DNA of 64,000 nucleotides from Candidatus Poribacteria bacterium (GCA_965215265.1 OZ244048.1:1504001-1568000); one strand, 5' to 3'. Counted from the first letter of the stretch, positions 51,001 through 61,050 are shown. Numbers and translations: made by a program. Notes: generated from the letters alone by a model not told the origin.

Positions 51001-51407
51001 ATACAAAGGCACTGTCACCGCTTGAAGAACACCACCACCTCGTGCAAGAAGCCGCTCGACGGATGGTTTCTGAAGAACGTCCCGTTGGCGGACAACTCGG
51101 ACAACCGTCGGGGGCACGTTTCCGTACCTACAAACGCCTGAAGCAATACGCCAACAACGTCCAAAATACCTTATTTTCTACACACGAACTTAGAAGCGCC
51201 ATTGGTGATATCTATCGCTACCCTCTCCGTCAAAACGCAACGGATACGCTCAATCGCCAACTCCGTAGCGGTATTTCAGATGATGACTTGGTGGCACTCG
51301 TAACCGATTTGTGGAACGAAGACCGGCTCTGTCTAATTGAAGAAGAAAAAGAGAGGCAAGAATCACAGATTGTCTGTTCATTGGGGCTTAGTGCAAGTGA
51401 GGCATGA
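48018..51407 (+). CDS. PLD-nuclease + SNF2-like helicase (restriction subunit)
   Basis: VGYFNL.GW, LHAKLYL...GSSNLT PLD motif; DVVGLGKT, IDESHN, LSATP, STDVLSEGQNLQ, QRAGRVDR. Confidence 0.88.
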   Translation: MPRIFDNIDQQLLPELQQTLETATHADFCVGYFNLRGWRKVNAYIQKWGGGEGACCRLLVGMQRLPQEELREARRLDQQSHGIDNQSASRLKRRLAEEFREQLTVGFPTREDENGLRQLAQQIRDEKVKVKLFLRHPLHAKLYLLYRSDPITPIVGYLGSSNLTLAGLSQQGELNVDVVDLDACEKLAEWFEARWEDWWCIDISDELVEIIEQSWAREEFIPPYHIYIKMAYHLSQEARAGLTEFQIPREFQGKLFEFQTAAVKIAAHHLNRRGGVLIGDVVGLGKTLMGTALARIQEDDYGLETLIICPKNLVKMWENYRYEYHLRARVLSISRVINELPNLRRYRLVMIDESHNLRNREGKRYKAIQEYIHENESKVILLSATPYNKTYLDLSNQLRLFVDETEDLGIRPEQYIKRLGGESEFIRKHQSGARTLKAFEQSEYIDDWRELMRRYLVRRTRSFIMENYAETEPETERKFLAFADGTCSYFPIRVPKTVQFCIDEADPDDTYAQLYSAYVVNIISNLKLARYGLANYILDTPTEPPTQAEQQQLNNLSRAGQRLIGFSRTNLFKRLESSGQVFIQSVARHILRNYIFLHAIENDQPLPIGGQNAEMLDPRFYDGDTDDVNFTSDPFDEDDDETQIDRTHAQPTSNTVDSFKQRAADVYQRYTTEYKSRFKWMRPDLFRGSLHEELTEDAHALLDILQRYGDWDTEKDAKLNALENLLTQVHPEDKVLVFTQFADTVKYLTDTLSARGLTQIAAVTGDSADPTALAHRFSPISNNSKAEDELRVLISTDVLSEGQNLQDCSIVVNYDLPWAIIRLVQRAGRVDRIGQHAENILCYSFLPADGVERIINLRGRVRTRLLENAKVVGADEAFFEDDGVRGEEAILNLYHEQAGLLDDEQDNDVDLASYAYQIWKNAITQDASLERIVSELPAVVYSTRSHEPTEPEPEGALVYIRIGQENDALAWIARDGQSVTESQFAILQAAACEPDTKALSPLEEHHHLVQEAARRMVSEERPVGGQLGQPSGARFRTYKRLKQYANNVQNTLFSTHELRSAIGDIYRYPLRQNATDTLNRQLRSGISDDDLVALVTDLWNEDRLCLIEEEKERQESQIVCSLGLSASEA

Positions 51408-51442
51408 ACCTTCGGAGCCGTTTATGTTTAGACTTCAAAAGA

Positions 51443-51615
51443 CTATACCTAAGCAATCTTCAACGAGATTTTTTAGTATATTGCAGCACAACAAAGGCTG
51501 CTGCTATGCTAAGTCCTTTACAAATCTCGCTCTTTTTCGTATATCTCCGTACCATCAACGCTTAGGTATTGATTAACAATACATCAGGCGTTGTGGGGCT
51601 CCAGTATACAAAAAA
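51443..51615. repeat. Mixed-orientation repeat-family cluster between helicase and MTase
   Basis: Plus ACGAGATTT at 51463; minus-strand TAAGCGTTGATGGTACGGAGATATACGAAAAA at 51533-51564; plus GGGCTCCAGTATACAAAAAA at 51596. Confidence 0.8.
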
Positions 51616-51628
51616 CAGGGAAACACCG

Positions 51629-54600
51629 ATGCAAATCAATCTTCCAGAGATACGTCAACACCTGAAAGCATTCGACTTCGAACGCCTCTTTAATGAACTC
51701 GGTTGGGATGCGCATGCCCAAACGCTCACCGTCACGGTAGATGAAACCGACTATCAACTCACCGCCATCGCCCAGAAACGCGGCCTAGTCGCCTTTGAAT
51801 GTCCTCCGGCAATCGAAACCGACGGACATCCCCCCGATTACGCAACACGCCGTAGCATTCAACGACGCGTCGCCAAATCTGTACACGAACACTTTATTAT
51901 CTACACGGACGCAGAGAAAAACACACAGATATGGCAGTGGCTCAAACACGAACCCGGCAAACCCGCCGCATCTAGAGAACATCGCTACCATAGAACACAA
52001 CCCGGCGACTCGCTACTCCAAAAACTCCAAACCATCGCTTTTAGCTTGGCGGAGGAAGAACAACTGACGCTGCCAGACGTGACTGGACGTGTTCAGGCAG
52101 GCTTTGACGTTGAAAAAGTCACCAAACGCTTTTATGAGCAGTTCAAAAGGGAACACGCCGCCTTTCTCAGCTTCCTCAAAGGGATTCCTGATGAAGAGAT
52201 GCAGCGCGGGTATGCCTCTGTGATGCTCAATCGCTTGATGTTCATCTATTTTATTCAGAAGAAGGGGTTCCTCGATAACGACGACAACTATCTACGCACC
52301 AAACTGGCAGAGAACCAAGCCGCCAGTGCCGCCGCGCCCCCCTCATCCAATAGATACTACAAAGAGTTCCTCTGTCCGCTCTTCTTTGAAGGGTTTGCGA
52401 AACCGGAAGCGGAACGCAGCCGAGAGATGCACCGCTTGCTCGGAAACATCCCATACCTCAACGGCGGCATCTTTCAAAAACACGAGATTGAAAAACTTCA
52501 CGGGGAAAAGATTGAGATTCCAGACGCGGCTTTTGAACAGATTTTCACCTTCTTTGAACGTTACCAGTGGCATCTAGACGAGCGCCCGCTGCGAAACGAT
52601 AACGAGATAAACCCTGATGTGCTGGGTTACATCTTTGAAAAGTACATTAACCAGAAGCAGATGGGTGCCTACTACACGAAAGAGGACATAACGGAATATA
52701 TCAGCAAAAATACGATGCTTCCGTTCCTATTTGATGCGGCGCGGCGTTCGTGTAGAATCGCATTTGAAGGGGACACGTCCGTGTGGCAGCTGCTACAAGC
52801 GGAGCCTGAGCGCTACGTCTACGATGCGGTGAAACACGGTGTCGCCTTAGATTTACCACCAGAAATCGCCGTCGGTATCAACGAGCCCACTAAACGCAAG
52901 GAATGGAACACGTTGTCCCCTGCTGAATACGGGTTGCCGACGGACATTTGGCGGGAAGTTGTAGCACGCCGGCAACGTTACGAAACCGTCCGCACTAAAC
53001 TCGCAAATGGCGAAATAAGGGACATCAACGCGCTGATAACAGACAACCTCAACATTCGTCAATTCGCGCAAGACGTGATTGAGAGTTGTGAAGGGCCCGA
53101 GCTGCTCCGTGCGTTTTGGAAAGCGATGACGCAGCTAACTGTGCTGGATCCGACGTGCGGCTCCGGTGCCTTCCTTTTCGCCGCGCTCAATCTCCTCGAA
53201 CCGCTCTATGAGGCGTGCCTGGATCGGATGCAGGCTTTCTTGGACGAGGAAGCGCACCACTCCCGTAAATATACCGACTTCCGACAACTCCTTGAGCGTA
53301 TCCAGCAGCACCCTAACCGCCGCTACTTCATCCTCAAGTCCATCATCGTCAACAACCTTTACGGGGTAGACATCATGGACGAGGCTGTTGAGATTTGCAA
53401 GCTGCGGATGTTCCTGAAACTGGTGGCGCAGATTGAAAATGTGAGGCAGATTGAACCGCTGCCAGACATAGACTTTAACGTGCAGGCAGGCAACACACTC
53501 GTCGGCTATGCCACTTATGAGGAGGTAGAAAAAGCCGTCACCGGTAAATTAGACTTTGACGACACGATGGGGCGGATTGAAGCACGTGCAGAGGACGTTG
53601 AAAGTTTGTTTACGCTGTTTCGTCAGCAGCAAACCGCGTTGGGCGGGACAGTGAACCCGTCTGACAAACAGAAGTTGCAGGGTAAACTGAAGGAGTTAGG
53701 GTCCGAACTGAATCAGTACCTTGCGGGAGAATACGGTGTGAAGACTACACAAATGTATAGTGGAAGGGGGGGGGAAATAGAGAAATTACAAGTGACGCTG
53801 CTTATCAGGCGTGGCTTTCTTCACATAAGCCGTTCCATTGGTTCATCGCGTTTTACGGCATCCTCAAGAAGGGCGGGTTCGATGTGATTATCGGCAATCC
53901 ACCGTATGTGGAATATAGCAAGGTGAAGAAAGAGTACACCATCAAGGGATATGAGACAGAGAAATGTGGGAATTTATATGCGTTTGTGTTCGAAAGGAGT
54001 TTCCAGCTGCTTCAAAAGAGCGGGTGGAAATCGATGATAATCCCTGTTTCAGCTTACAGTACTGATAGAATGTTTCCCCTCCAAGCTCTATTTCGTCGCT
54101 CCAAGCGAGTTGGGTGGGTGCAAACATACGATGTTTTTCCTTCAAAATTGTTTGTCGGAGCAAAGCAACGGCTGGCAATTTATATCGTTCAACAGAGCTC
54201 GCAACCATCTCCAGCGTTATACGCGACGCGCTATAATAGGTGGCATGAACCCTTTCGCGAACATCTCTTCGCCCTTATGGAATATACAGATGTCACGCAG
54301 ATGTCCGCTCAACATTCAGTCCCCAAGGTTCACAGCGCTATTGAACAAAGCATCTGGAACAAACTGTCTCAATTCTCAGTCTTAGAGACGCACCTTACCG
54401 CAAGACGTGTCCCACACACAATCTATTTCCATAACGCGCCGTACTACTTTATGCGGGCAATGGACTTTATTCCTTACTTCTGGAATGAACGAGATGGGGA
54501 GAAAATCTCAACACATCTCAAACCTCTATATTTAACAACCGCACTCGAGGCAGCCGTTGTTGCAGCTACAATGAACAGTTCATTATTTTATTGGTGGTAT

Positions 54601-54927
54601 GTTATTCTCTCCGATTGCCGTACTTTAAACTTGCGTGAAATTAGAAGCTTCCCTATCGGCGTTGCGCAAATGGAAAAATCCATAAAGCAGAATCTCTCTG
54701 CACTCTCCGCTGATTTGATGCAGGATTTAAAGCGCCACGCACAACGCAAGGAGACAACCTACAAAACCACCGGGCGTGTTGTCTATGATGAGTTTCACCC
54801 GCGTCATTCCAAATCCATCATAGACAAAATTGACCGTGTGCTTGCACAACACTACGGTTTTACGGATGAGGAATTAGATTTCATCCTCAACTACGACATC
54901 AAGTATCGGATGGGGTTGGGGAAGTGA
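51629..54927 (+). CDS. Eco57I/type IIG-like N6-adenine DNA methyltransferase, frameshifted at G9 (53766-53774)
   Basis: IPYLNGG.F, LGYIFE, GAYYT, LDPTCGSGAFL in ORF1; HKPFHWF...GGFDVIIGNPPY and TRD in the shifted frame, which is open from 53761. Confidence 0.85.
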
Positions 54928-55392
54928 TAAAGCCAATTGGCTGATGGCCCAAACGAATGCGAATTACCCAATTACCCCGAGCGGTTACGTAAATCTTCGG
55001 GCAGAGACCTCTGAAATTACCTTGACACGGTGAAAATTATCCATTCCGACGGTATAATTCCAACTTAGAGGTAGAAATTGCCCTTATATGCCAGAAACTT
55101 CCGTGGATAAGAAAAAGATTCATTTACGCCCATTTTTTGTAGCAGGCTTGTGAGAAAGGGGTTCTTGTGAAGGATGTGTATTGTTGGGTGTTAGAATCAG
55201 GCTATGCAGGATTTTAGGATTTTCAGGAGAAGCGGCGATTTGCGAGATTGAAATCTTTTTCGCCGGTTTTTTGCGTCGAGCAGATCCCGCTTTGGGATGA
55301 CTGACAGGTTTTCCTCATACAGAGACCTCGCCATCGCCCCTACTGTCAACTCAGGGGAAAAAATAGGGGAGAATGAGATAAGAAAAAGAGGC

Positions 55393-55421
55393 TTGACTTT
55401 TGTTGGAAAATGTGGTTTAAT
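55393..55421 (+). promoter_or_regulatory. Putative promoter of the TIGR04255 module
   Basis: TTGACT-17 bp-TTTAAT with extended TG. Confidence 0.5.
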
Positions 55422-55461
55422 TTATATAAACGTTTCACATGAAAGTAGCAAAGTTCGGATT

Positions 55462-56252
55462 ATGAAAACAACAGCACAATCAACCATAAAATATGAGAAT
55501 CCGCCCATTGATGAGATTGTTTGCGGTGTCCGTTTCGATCCAATTAAGCAGTTGCAATCCGGACATTTCGGCATACTATGGCAAAAGTTTAGGCCCGATT
55601 TCCGAAAACCGAAGATCAAAACTTGGTCGGTCCGGTGTCTAAAGAAAAACTTGAAAGCCCTATCAAATTTCCATTACCAAGGGTCTGGTTCATACACAAA
55701 AACGAAAACGAGCTTATCCAAGTACAACGGAATCGCTTCCTTTACAATTGGCGGCAAAGACAACCGGAGAATAAATATCCGGGTTACAAAGAAGTTGCCG
55801 AGAATTTTGAAAGATACCGATCTCGTTTCCAAGAATTTCTAGTAGAGGAAAACTTGGGAAATTTCGTGACAAAAGAATACGAATTAACCTACATAGATCT
55901 CATTCCGCAAGGGCAAGGCTGGGAAAAACTCGGCGATATGGAAAAAGTCTTCCCAAATTTGTTATCTGTAACAAGACAAGGGCTACTTTCAACCGATGTA
56001 AGAGCGATCCATTGGCAAACTGTCTTGGGCCTACCAAACGGCATAGGACAATTAGGAATTTCGATTCGTAACGCTAATCGAATCTCTACTAATCAACAGA
56101 TTATCGTTATTGAATTTAGGGCACGAAGTAACCGGCCATATCAACGTATGCATGCCTGGTTTGAGGCCGCGCCTGACACAATTATCAAACTTTTTTCTGA
56201 TCTCATCAGCGACGAAATTCAAGAGAAATTCTGGGGTCGAAAATCATGCTAG
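55462..56252 (+). pseudogene. TIGR04255-like protein, frameshifted near 55600
   Basis: YENPPIDEIVCGVRF in one frame continues as PRVWF...LIQVQRNRFLYNWR...YPGY...ELTYID in the next. Confidence 0.7.
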
Positions 56253-56704
56253 ATCGCTACACGCAGCCTACAGCAACGATAGGTGGAGACATAAACTTTA
56301 TCTTCTACTTAGAAGAAAAAGAAAAATTGGATCCTTCAAAACTCTTCCGGCAAAATACAAGTGCATTCTCTGAATTCGGCTTTACTACAGGAACAATAGT
56401 CGAAACTATAAGTTCTTCGTTCGGTGAAGAGGAAATGCCAGAGATTCCAGAGCCCTCTACGCAAAACACAATTACATCGCGCGAATTAAGTTTTGAGGAA
56501 GAAATTGTATCTGGAATAACACAAGACTTTACAGATCAACCCGTGCAACAATTTGACTTTCTTTCCTACAATGAAGAAGATCTCCTTGATTGGGATACTG
56601 CTATAATTGCTCCACCTCCTCGTCCATCAGGCACAATACGGGTTAAGTTAAAATACAAGGGACGGAGTCAACCTTTTCCTGCTGAAAATTTTTGGGAAGA
56701 ATAG
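56246..56704 (+). CDS. Acidic hypothetical protein
   Basis: Overlaps the upstream stop; E/D-rich; ends PPRPSGTIRVKLKYKGRSQP. Confidence 0.55.
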   Translation: MLDRYTQPTATIGGDINFIFYLEEKEKLDPSKLFRQNTSAFSEFGFTTGTIVETISSSFGEEEMPEIPEPSTQNTITSRELSFEEEIVSGITQDFTDQPVQQFDFLSYNEEDLLDWDTAIIAPPPRPSGTIRVKLKYKGRSQPFPAENFWEE

Positions 56705-56734
56705 GTATTAGCCCCTTTAGGAAATATTTTAGAA

Positions 56735-57268
56735 ATGGCTTACCCTTGGTATTGTTTAGTAAATAGTGATGAACTAGAACAAGGAGACATCTTAGAACAC
56801 TGTCCGGTGTTTGCTCCACCCCTTAATTTAATTCTCTTGAAGACGAGGAAGCAGATTTTACGTGGAAGAATCGCGATGTTATTATCATGTCTCAAAGTTG
56901 TGATTTAGTGAAGGGTAGAGAAAAAGTGAAGGAAGTGTTACTTTGCACGATATGGAATCGCTCAGAACTTGTAAAGCTTCCAGGCGGGAACTTATCCGCA
57001 AAATCAGGTATGGAACAAGTTCGAAAAGGGCGATTGCCCAGTTTACAAATGCTTAAACAAATGTGAATTACCGCATACAGAAAGAGACTTCAGAGTTGTT
57101 GACTTTCGCAGCACTTATACACTCCCAATAGATTTTTGCAGAGCGTTTGCGAGAAAATCTAAAAACCGCATTAGAGTCCTATCTCCGTATCGGGAACATC
57201 TCTCTCAAGGCTTTGCTCGTTTTTTCAGGCGGGTTGGTCTACCTACCGATGTTCCTCCATTCAGATAA
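56735..57268 (+). pseudogene. Conserved hypothetical protein with two single-base frameshifts (absent from the ORF track)
   Basis: MAYPWY...LEQGDIL / VIIMSQSCDL / VVDFR...SPYREHLSQGFARFFRRVGLP*; shifts near 56830 and 57056. Confidence 0.65.
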
Positions 57269-57536
57269 TCTTATGCGTGCGGTGCCCTCTTGTCGGAGCC
57301 CCGGGCTTCTGCGCGCGGGTGCGCTAACAAGCCGAGTCGGCTTATGTCAACGGCACCGGGGCGACAATCGCCCGGCACCCTACTGTGGGCTCGTATTGGC
57401 TATTCATCTATTTGTGCGTGGACAGCGTGCTTCGGCACGCCTGCCCACCCGCAATCAAACCGATAACGACTTATAAACCTAACCGATGCGATAACCGCAT
57501 CGACAACGGACACATCGTCCGAAAGGATATTTTGAA

Positions 57537-58145
57537 ATGAAAGATTGGATGAACGCGAAAAAAGGCATCGTGATTTTATTGGGCGGGCTGGTGTTAGTGT
57601 TTGCCTGCTACGGGCTGGTAAGAGCGCAATACGGCTTGAAGCCCGTTCAATCAGAGACGCGGCACATCGCCCCGCCGGTTGGGGGGCTCGCAGGGCTCGA
57701 GAGTGACTTGCCTGCAGTCTCCTCTGACTCGGTTTCTCCTGAAACGGTTGCAGAGTGGTTGTCCCTCTTACGTGCGAACGATGACGGTTCAGCCGTCTTT
57801 GCACAGGGGATAGCGAACCTTGAACAGGTGCTGTGGGAGATGCAGCCTGTGGAGCGGCCGCGGCTGTTAGCGAACTATCCGAATCCGTTCAACCCAGAGA
57901 CGTGGATACCTTATCAACTGGCAGTGCCAGCGGATGTGGAGATATCCATCTATGCGTTGGACGGGCGGTTAGTCCGGACGTTAGCATTGGGACATCAAGC
58001 GGCGGGCCGTTACGAGAGCAAGGCGCGTGCCGCGTATTGGGACGGGCGCAACGCCTCTGGTGAGCGTGTTGCAAGTGGTATCTATTTCTATACGCTGCGC
58101 GCCGGCGACTTCTCCGCGACGCAGAAGATGTTGATTAGGAAGTAA
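57537..58145 (+). CDS. Secreted protein consisting almost only of the shared C-terminal domain
   Basis: Hydrophobic N-terminus; DDGSAVFAQGIANLEQ; LLANYPNPFNPETWIPYQL...KMLIRK. Confidence 0.8.
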   Translation: MKDWMNAKKGIVILLGGLVLVFACYGLVRAQYGLKPVQSETRHIAPPVGGLAGLESDLPAVSSDSVSPETVAEWLSLLRANDDGSAVFAQGIANLEQVLWEMQPVERPRLLANYPNPFNPETWIPYQLAVPADVEISIYALDGRLVRTLALGHQAAGRYESKARAAYWDGRNASGERVASGIYFYTLRAGDFSATQKMLIRK

Positions 58146-58296
58146 AGGGAGACAGATGTGTAAGGGTGTGTGTGCCGTCTGCGTTTGACGCGGCGGTCCC
58201 GCCTCCAACCCCTCGTATTTTTAGCCGCGAGTGTTTCGCGGCATTTGGAGGACTCTAATGTATGATAAAAACGTGTCAAAGGTTTGGAGGGCTGTA

Positions 58297-61029
58297 ATGA
58301 ATAATAAAAGCGTGTCAGTGATGTTAGCAATATTGGCGTGTATAGTTTTAAGTTTAGGGAGTGTTGGCAATGTGTGGGCACAAAGGGTAAGCGTGGCTGC
58401 GGATGTCGGTGTGCTTTCGGCTGTGAAAGGTGATGCGGATGTGAATGGTGATGGCCGTGTGGATATAGTGGATTTGGCACTGGTAGCGGCGCGCCTGGGA
58501 ACCCGCGGTAACAGTTCGGCAGATTTGAACGGGAATAGTGTAGTGGATATAGGGGATGTGGCGTTAGTAGCAGAGGGGTTTAACGGTGCGGCGTCTGCAC
58601 CTGCGGCACCTGCGTCTGTGCCTGCAGGGATGGTGCTCATCCCCGGCGGCACCTTCCAGATGGGCAGCGATGCTGCTGATGCGCGGGATAACGAGCAGCC
58701 TGTGCGGAGGGTGCATGTGGACGCGTTCTATATGGATACGCACGAAGTGACTAACGCGGCGTATCAAACTTTTGTGCTGGCGAACCCGCAGTGGCAGAAG
58801 GGGCGTATTTCGGATGCCTTCCACAGCGGTAAGTACCTAAAACATTGGGAAGGTAATAACTATCCAGGGGGTAAAGGGGACCATCCTGTGACGTATGTGT
58901 CGTGGTATGCGGCGATGGCATATTCTGCGTGGGCAGGGAAGCGTCTTCCAACGGAGGCGGAGTGGGAGAAAGCGGCACGCGGTGGGGAGGCAGGCCGGAA
59001 GTATCCGTGGGGAGACACGATAACGGCGAACGATGCGAACTACGATAGGAATGTAGACGATACGACTTCTGTGGGGAGTTATGCTGCGAACGGGTATGGG
59101 CTGTTCGACATGGCTGGGAACGTTCACGAGTGGTGCCTTGATGAATGGGATAAGACATTTTATGCTGCGTCTCCGTCTCGTAATCCGCTGCGTGGTGTGT
59201 CTGGTAGTACGCTTGCGAATGTGGCTGAGATTGTAGCGGACTACACAGGCGTAAATGTGAACTTAAAGCGGGTTTTGCGGGGTGGTAATTGGCGTGCTGA
59301 TGCACGTTACCTGCGCGTCGCCGATAGGTTCAAAAGGGAGCCGACGTTCACGGAAAGCTTCGCCGGGTTTCGTTGTGTGAGTGCAGAGCCGCCGCCGGAG
59401 CTCCCCACACCGCCGGAACCACCCACACCGCCGGAGCCACCCGCACTGGAGCCGGAGCCACCCGCACCGCAGGCACCTGCAGGGATGGCCCTCATCCCCG
59501 CGGGCGAGTTCCAGATGGGCAGCAACGATGCCGAGGCCGATGGTGACGAGCAGCCTGTGCGGAGGGTGCATGTGGACGCGTTCTACATGGATACGCACGA
59601 AGTGACGAACGCCGAGTATAGAAGTTTTCTGCTGGCGAACCCGCAGTGGCGGAAGACGCGGATTCCGGATGCCCTCCATGATGGTAATTACCTAAGCGAT
59701 TGGGACGGTAATAAGTATCCTAAGCGTAAGGGGGACCATCCTGTGGTGAATGTGTCGTGGTATGCGGCGATGGCGTATGCGGCGTGGGCAGGTAAGCGTC
59801 TTCCAACGGAGGCGGAGTGGGAGAAAGCGGCGCGCGGCGGTTGGCTAGGGTTAAAGTATCCGTGGGGAAAGACGATATCCTCTGTGCATGCGAACTACGG
59901 TAGGAATGTAGGGGACACCCGTCCTGTGGGGAGTTATGCGGCGAACGGGTATGGGCTGTTCGACATGGCCGGCAACGTTTACGAGTGGTGCCTTGATGCG
60001 TATAATGTGGATTTTTATTCTGCGTCTCCGTCTCGTAATCCGCTGAGTGGAGTGTCTGGCAGTATGCTCGCGAATCTGGATGAGATTGTATCGGACTATA
60101 CCAATATTGAGTCTTCTCGCGTGTTGCGCGGCGGTAGCTGGTCCTTTGATTCACTCTTCCTGCGTGCCGCTAATCGCCGCGGGGATACCCCTACAGACAC
60201 CAACGGCAGCTACGGGTTCCGGTGTGCGAGGGCTGTGACTCCTTCCGTGCCGCCGGCACCGGGAGGGATGGCACTCATTCCCGCGGGTGCCTTCCAGATG
60301 GGCAGCAACGATGCCGAGGCCGCTGGTGAAGAGCAGCCTGTGCATACGGTGTATGTGGACGCGTTCTATATGGATACGCACGAAGTGACGAACGCCGAGT
60401 ATAAAAGTTTTGTGCTGGCGAATCCCGAGTGGCAGAAGACGCGGATTCCGCCTGCACTCCACAATGGTAATTATCTAAACCATTGGGACGGTAATAACTA
60501 TCCAGTGGGTAAGGGGGACCATCCTGTGACGTATGTGTCGTGGTATGGTGCGATGGCGTATGCTGCGTGGGCAGGGAAGCGTCTTCCAACGGAGGCGGAA
60601 TGGGAGAAAGCGGCACGCGGGGGGTTAGTTGGTAAGAAATACCCGTGGGGAGACACGATAACGCCGGACGATGCGAACTACGGTAATAATGTAGGCGGTA
60701 CAACGGCTGTGGGGAGTTATGCAGTGAACGGGTATGGGCTATATGATATGGCCGGCAACGTGTGGGAGTGGTGTCTTGATGCGTATAATGAGGATTTCTA
60801 TTCTGCGTCTCCGTCTAGTAATCCGCTGAGTGGTGTGTCTGACAGTATGCTCGCGAATCTGGATGAGATTATAGATAACTATACCAATGTTACCTCCTCT
60901 CGCGTGTTGCGTGGCAGGGGTTGGGCCGATAATCCGCGTACCGTGCGTGTCGCCGCTCGCTTCGGGCCTCCGCCGACGCTCACGTTCAACAACCTCGGGT
61001 TCCGGTGTGCGAGGGCTGTAACCCCTTAA
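58297..61029 (+). CDS. Secreted dockerin-like + three tandem FGE-sulfatase (CLec-fold) domains; probable DGR target
   Basis: GGAGG RBS and ATG 58297; DVNGDGRVDIVDL and DLNGN; three copies of F.MGS...EVTN...RLPTEAEWEKAARGG...DMAGNV.EW...RVLRG..W...GFRC. Confidence 0.9.
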   Translation: MNNKSVSVMLAILACIVLSLGSVGNVWAQRVSVAADVGVLSAVKGDADVNGDGRVDIVDLALVAARLGTRGNSSADLNGNSVVDIGDVALVAEGFNGAASAPAAPASVPAGMVLIPGGTFQMGSDAADARDNEQPVRRVHVDAFYMDTHEVTNAAYQTFVLANPQWQKGRISDAFHSGKYLKHWEGNNYPGGKGDHPVTYVSWYAAMAYSAWAGKRLPTEAEWEKAARGGEAGRKYPWGDTITANDANYDRNVDDTTSVGSYAANGYGLFDMAGNVHEWCLDEWDKTFYAASPSRNPLRGVSGSTLANVAEIVADYTGVNVNLKRVLRGGNWRADARYLRVADRFKREPTFTESFAGFRCVSAEPPPELPTPPEPPTPPEPPALEPEPPAPQAPAGMALIPAGEFQMGSNDAEADGDEQPVRRVHVDAFYMDTHEVTNAEYRSFLLANPQWRKTRIPDALHDGNYLSDWDGNKYPKRKGDHPVVNVSWYAAMAYAAWAGKRLPTEAEWEKAARGGWLGLKYPWGKTISSVHANYGRNVGDTRPVGSYAANGYGLFDMAGNVYEWCLDAYNVDFYSASPSRNPLSGVSGSMLANLDEIVSDYTNIESSRVLRGGSWSFDSLFLRAANRRGDTPTDTNGSYGFRCARAVTPSVPPAPGGMALIPAGAFQMGSNDAEAAGEEQPVHTVYVDAFYMDTHEVTNAEYKSFVLANPEWQKTRIPPALHNGNYLNHWDGNNYPVGKGDHPVTYVSWYGAMAYAAWAGKRLPTEAEWEKAARGGLVGKKYPWGDTITPDDANYGNNVGGTTAVGSYAVNGYGLYDMAGNVWEWCLDAYNEDFYSASPSSNPLSGVSDSMLANLDEIIDNYTNVTSSRVLRGRGWADNPRTVRVAARFGPPPTLTFNNLGFRCARAVTP

Positions 61030-61050
61030 ATCTTTACCCCTTTACCCCTC

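Noticed and set aside
33754-51615. Repeat clusters as a CRISPR array
   Set aside because: Units are degenerate, dispersed and in both orientations; the sequence between boxes is homologous between copies rather than unique spacers; no cas genes are present.
33754-51615. Repeats as integron attC sites
   Set aside because: No RYYYAAC...GTTRRRY ends, no integrase in the window, and they precede a core gene (der).
59386-59480. Short tandem repeats encoding PPTPPEP
   Set aside because: Ordinary Pro-rich interdomain linker.
58297-61029. True formylglycine-generating enzyme
   Set aside because: The catalytic Cys pair after RGGS is absent in all three domains and that segment is hypervariable.
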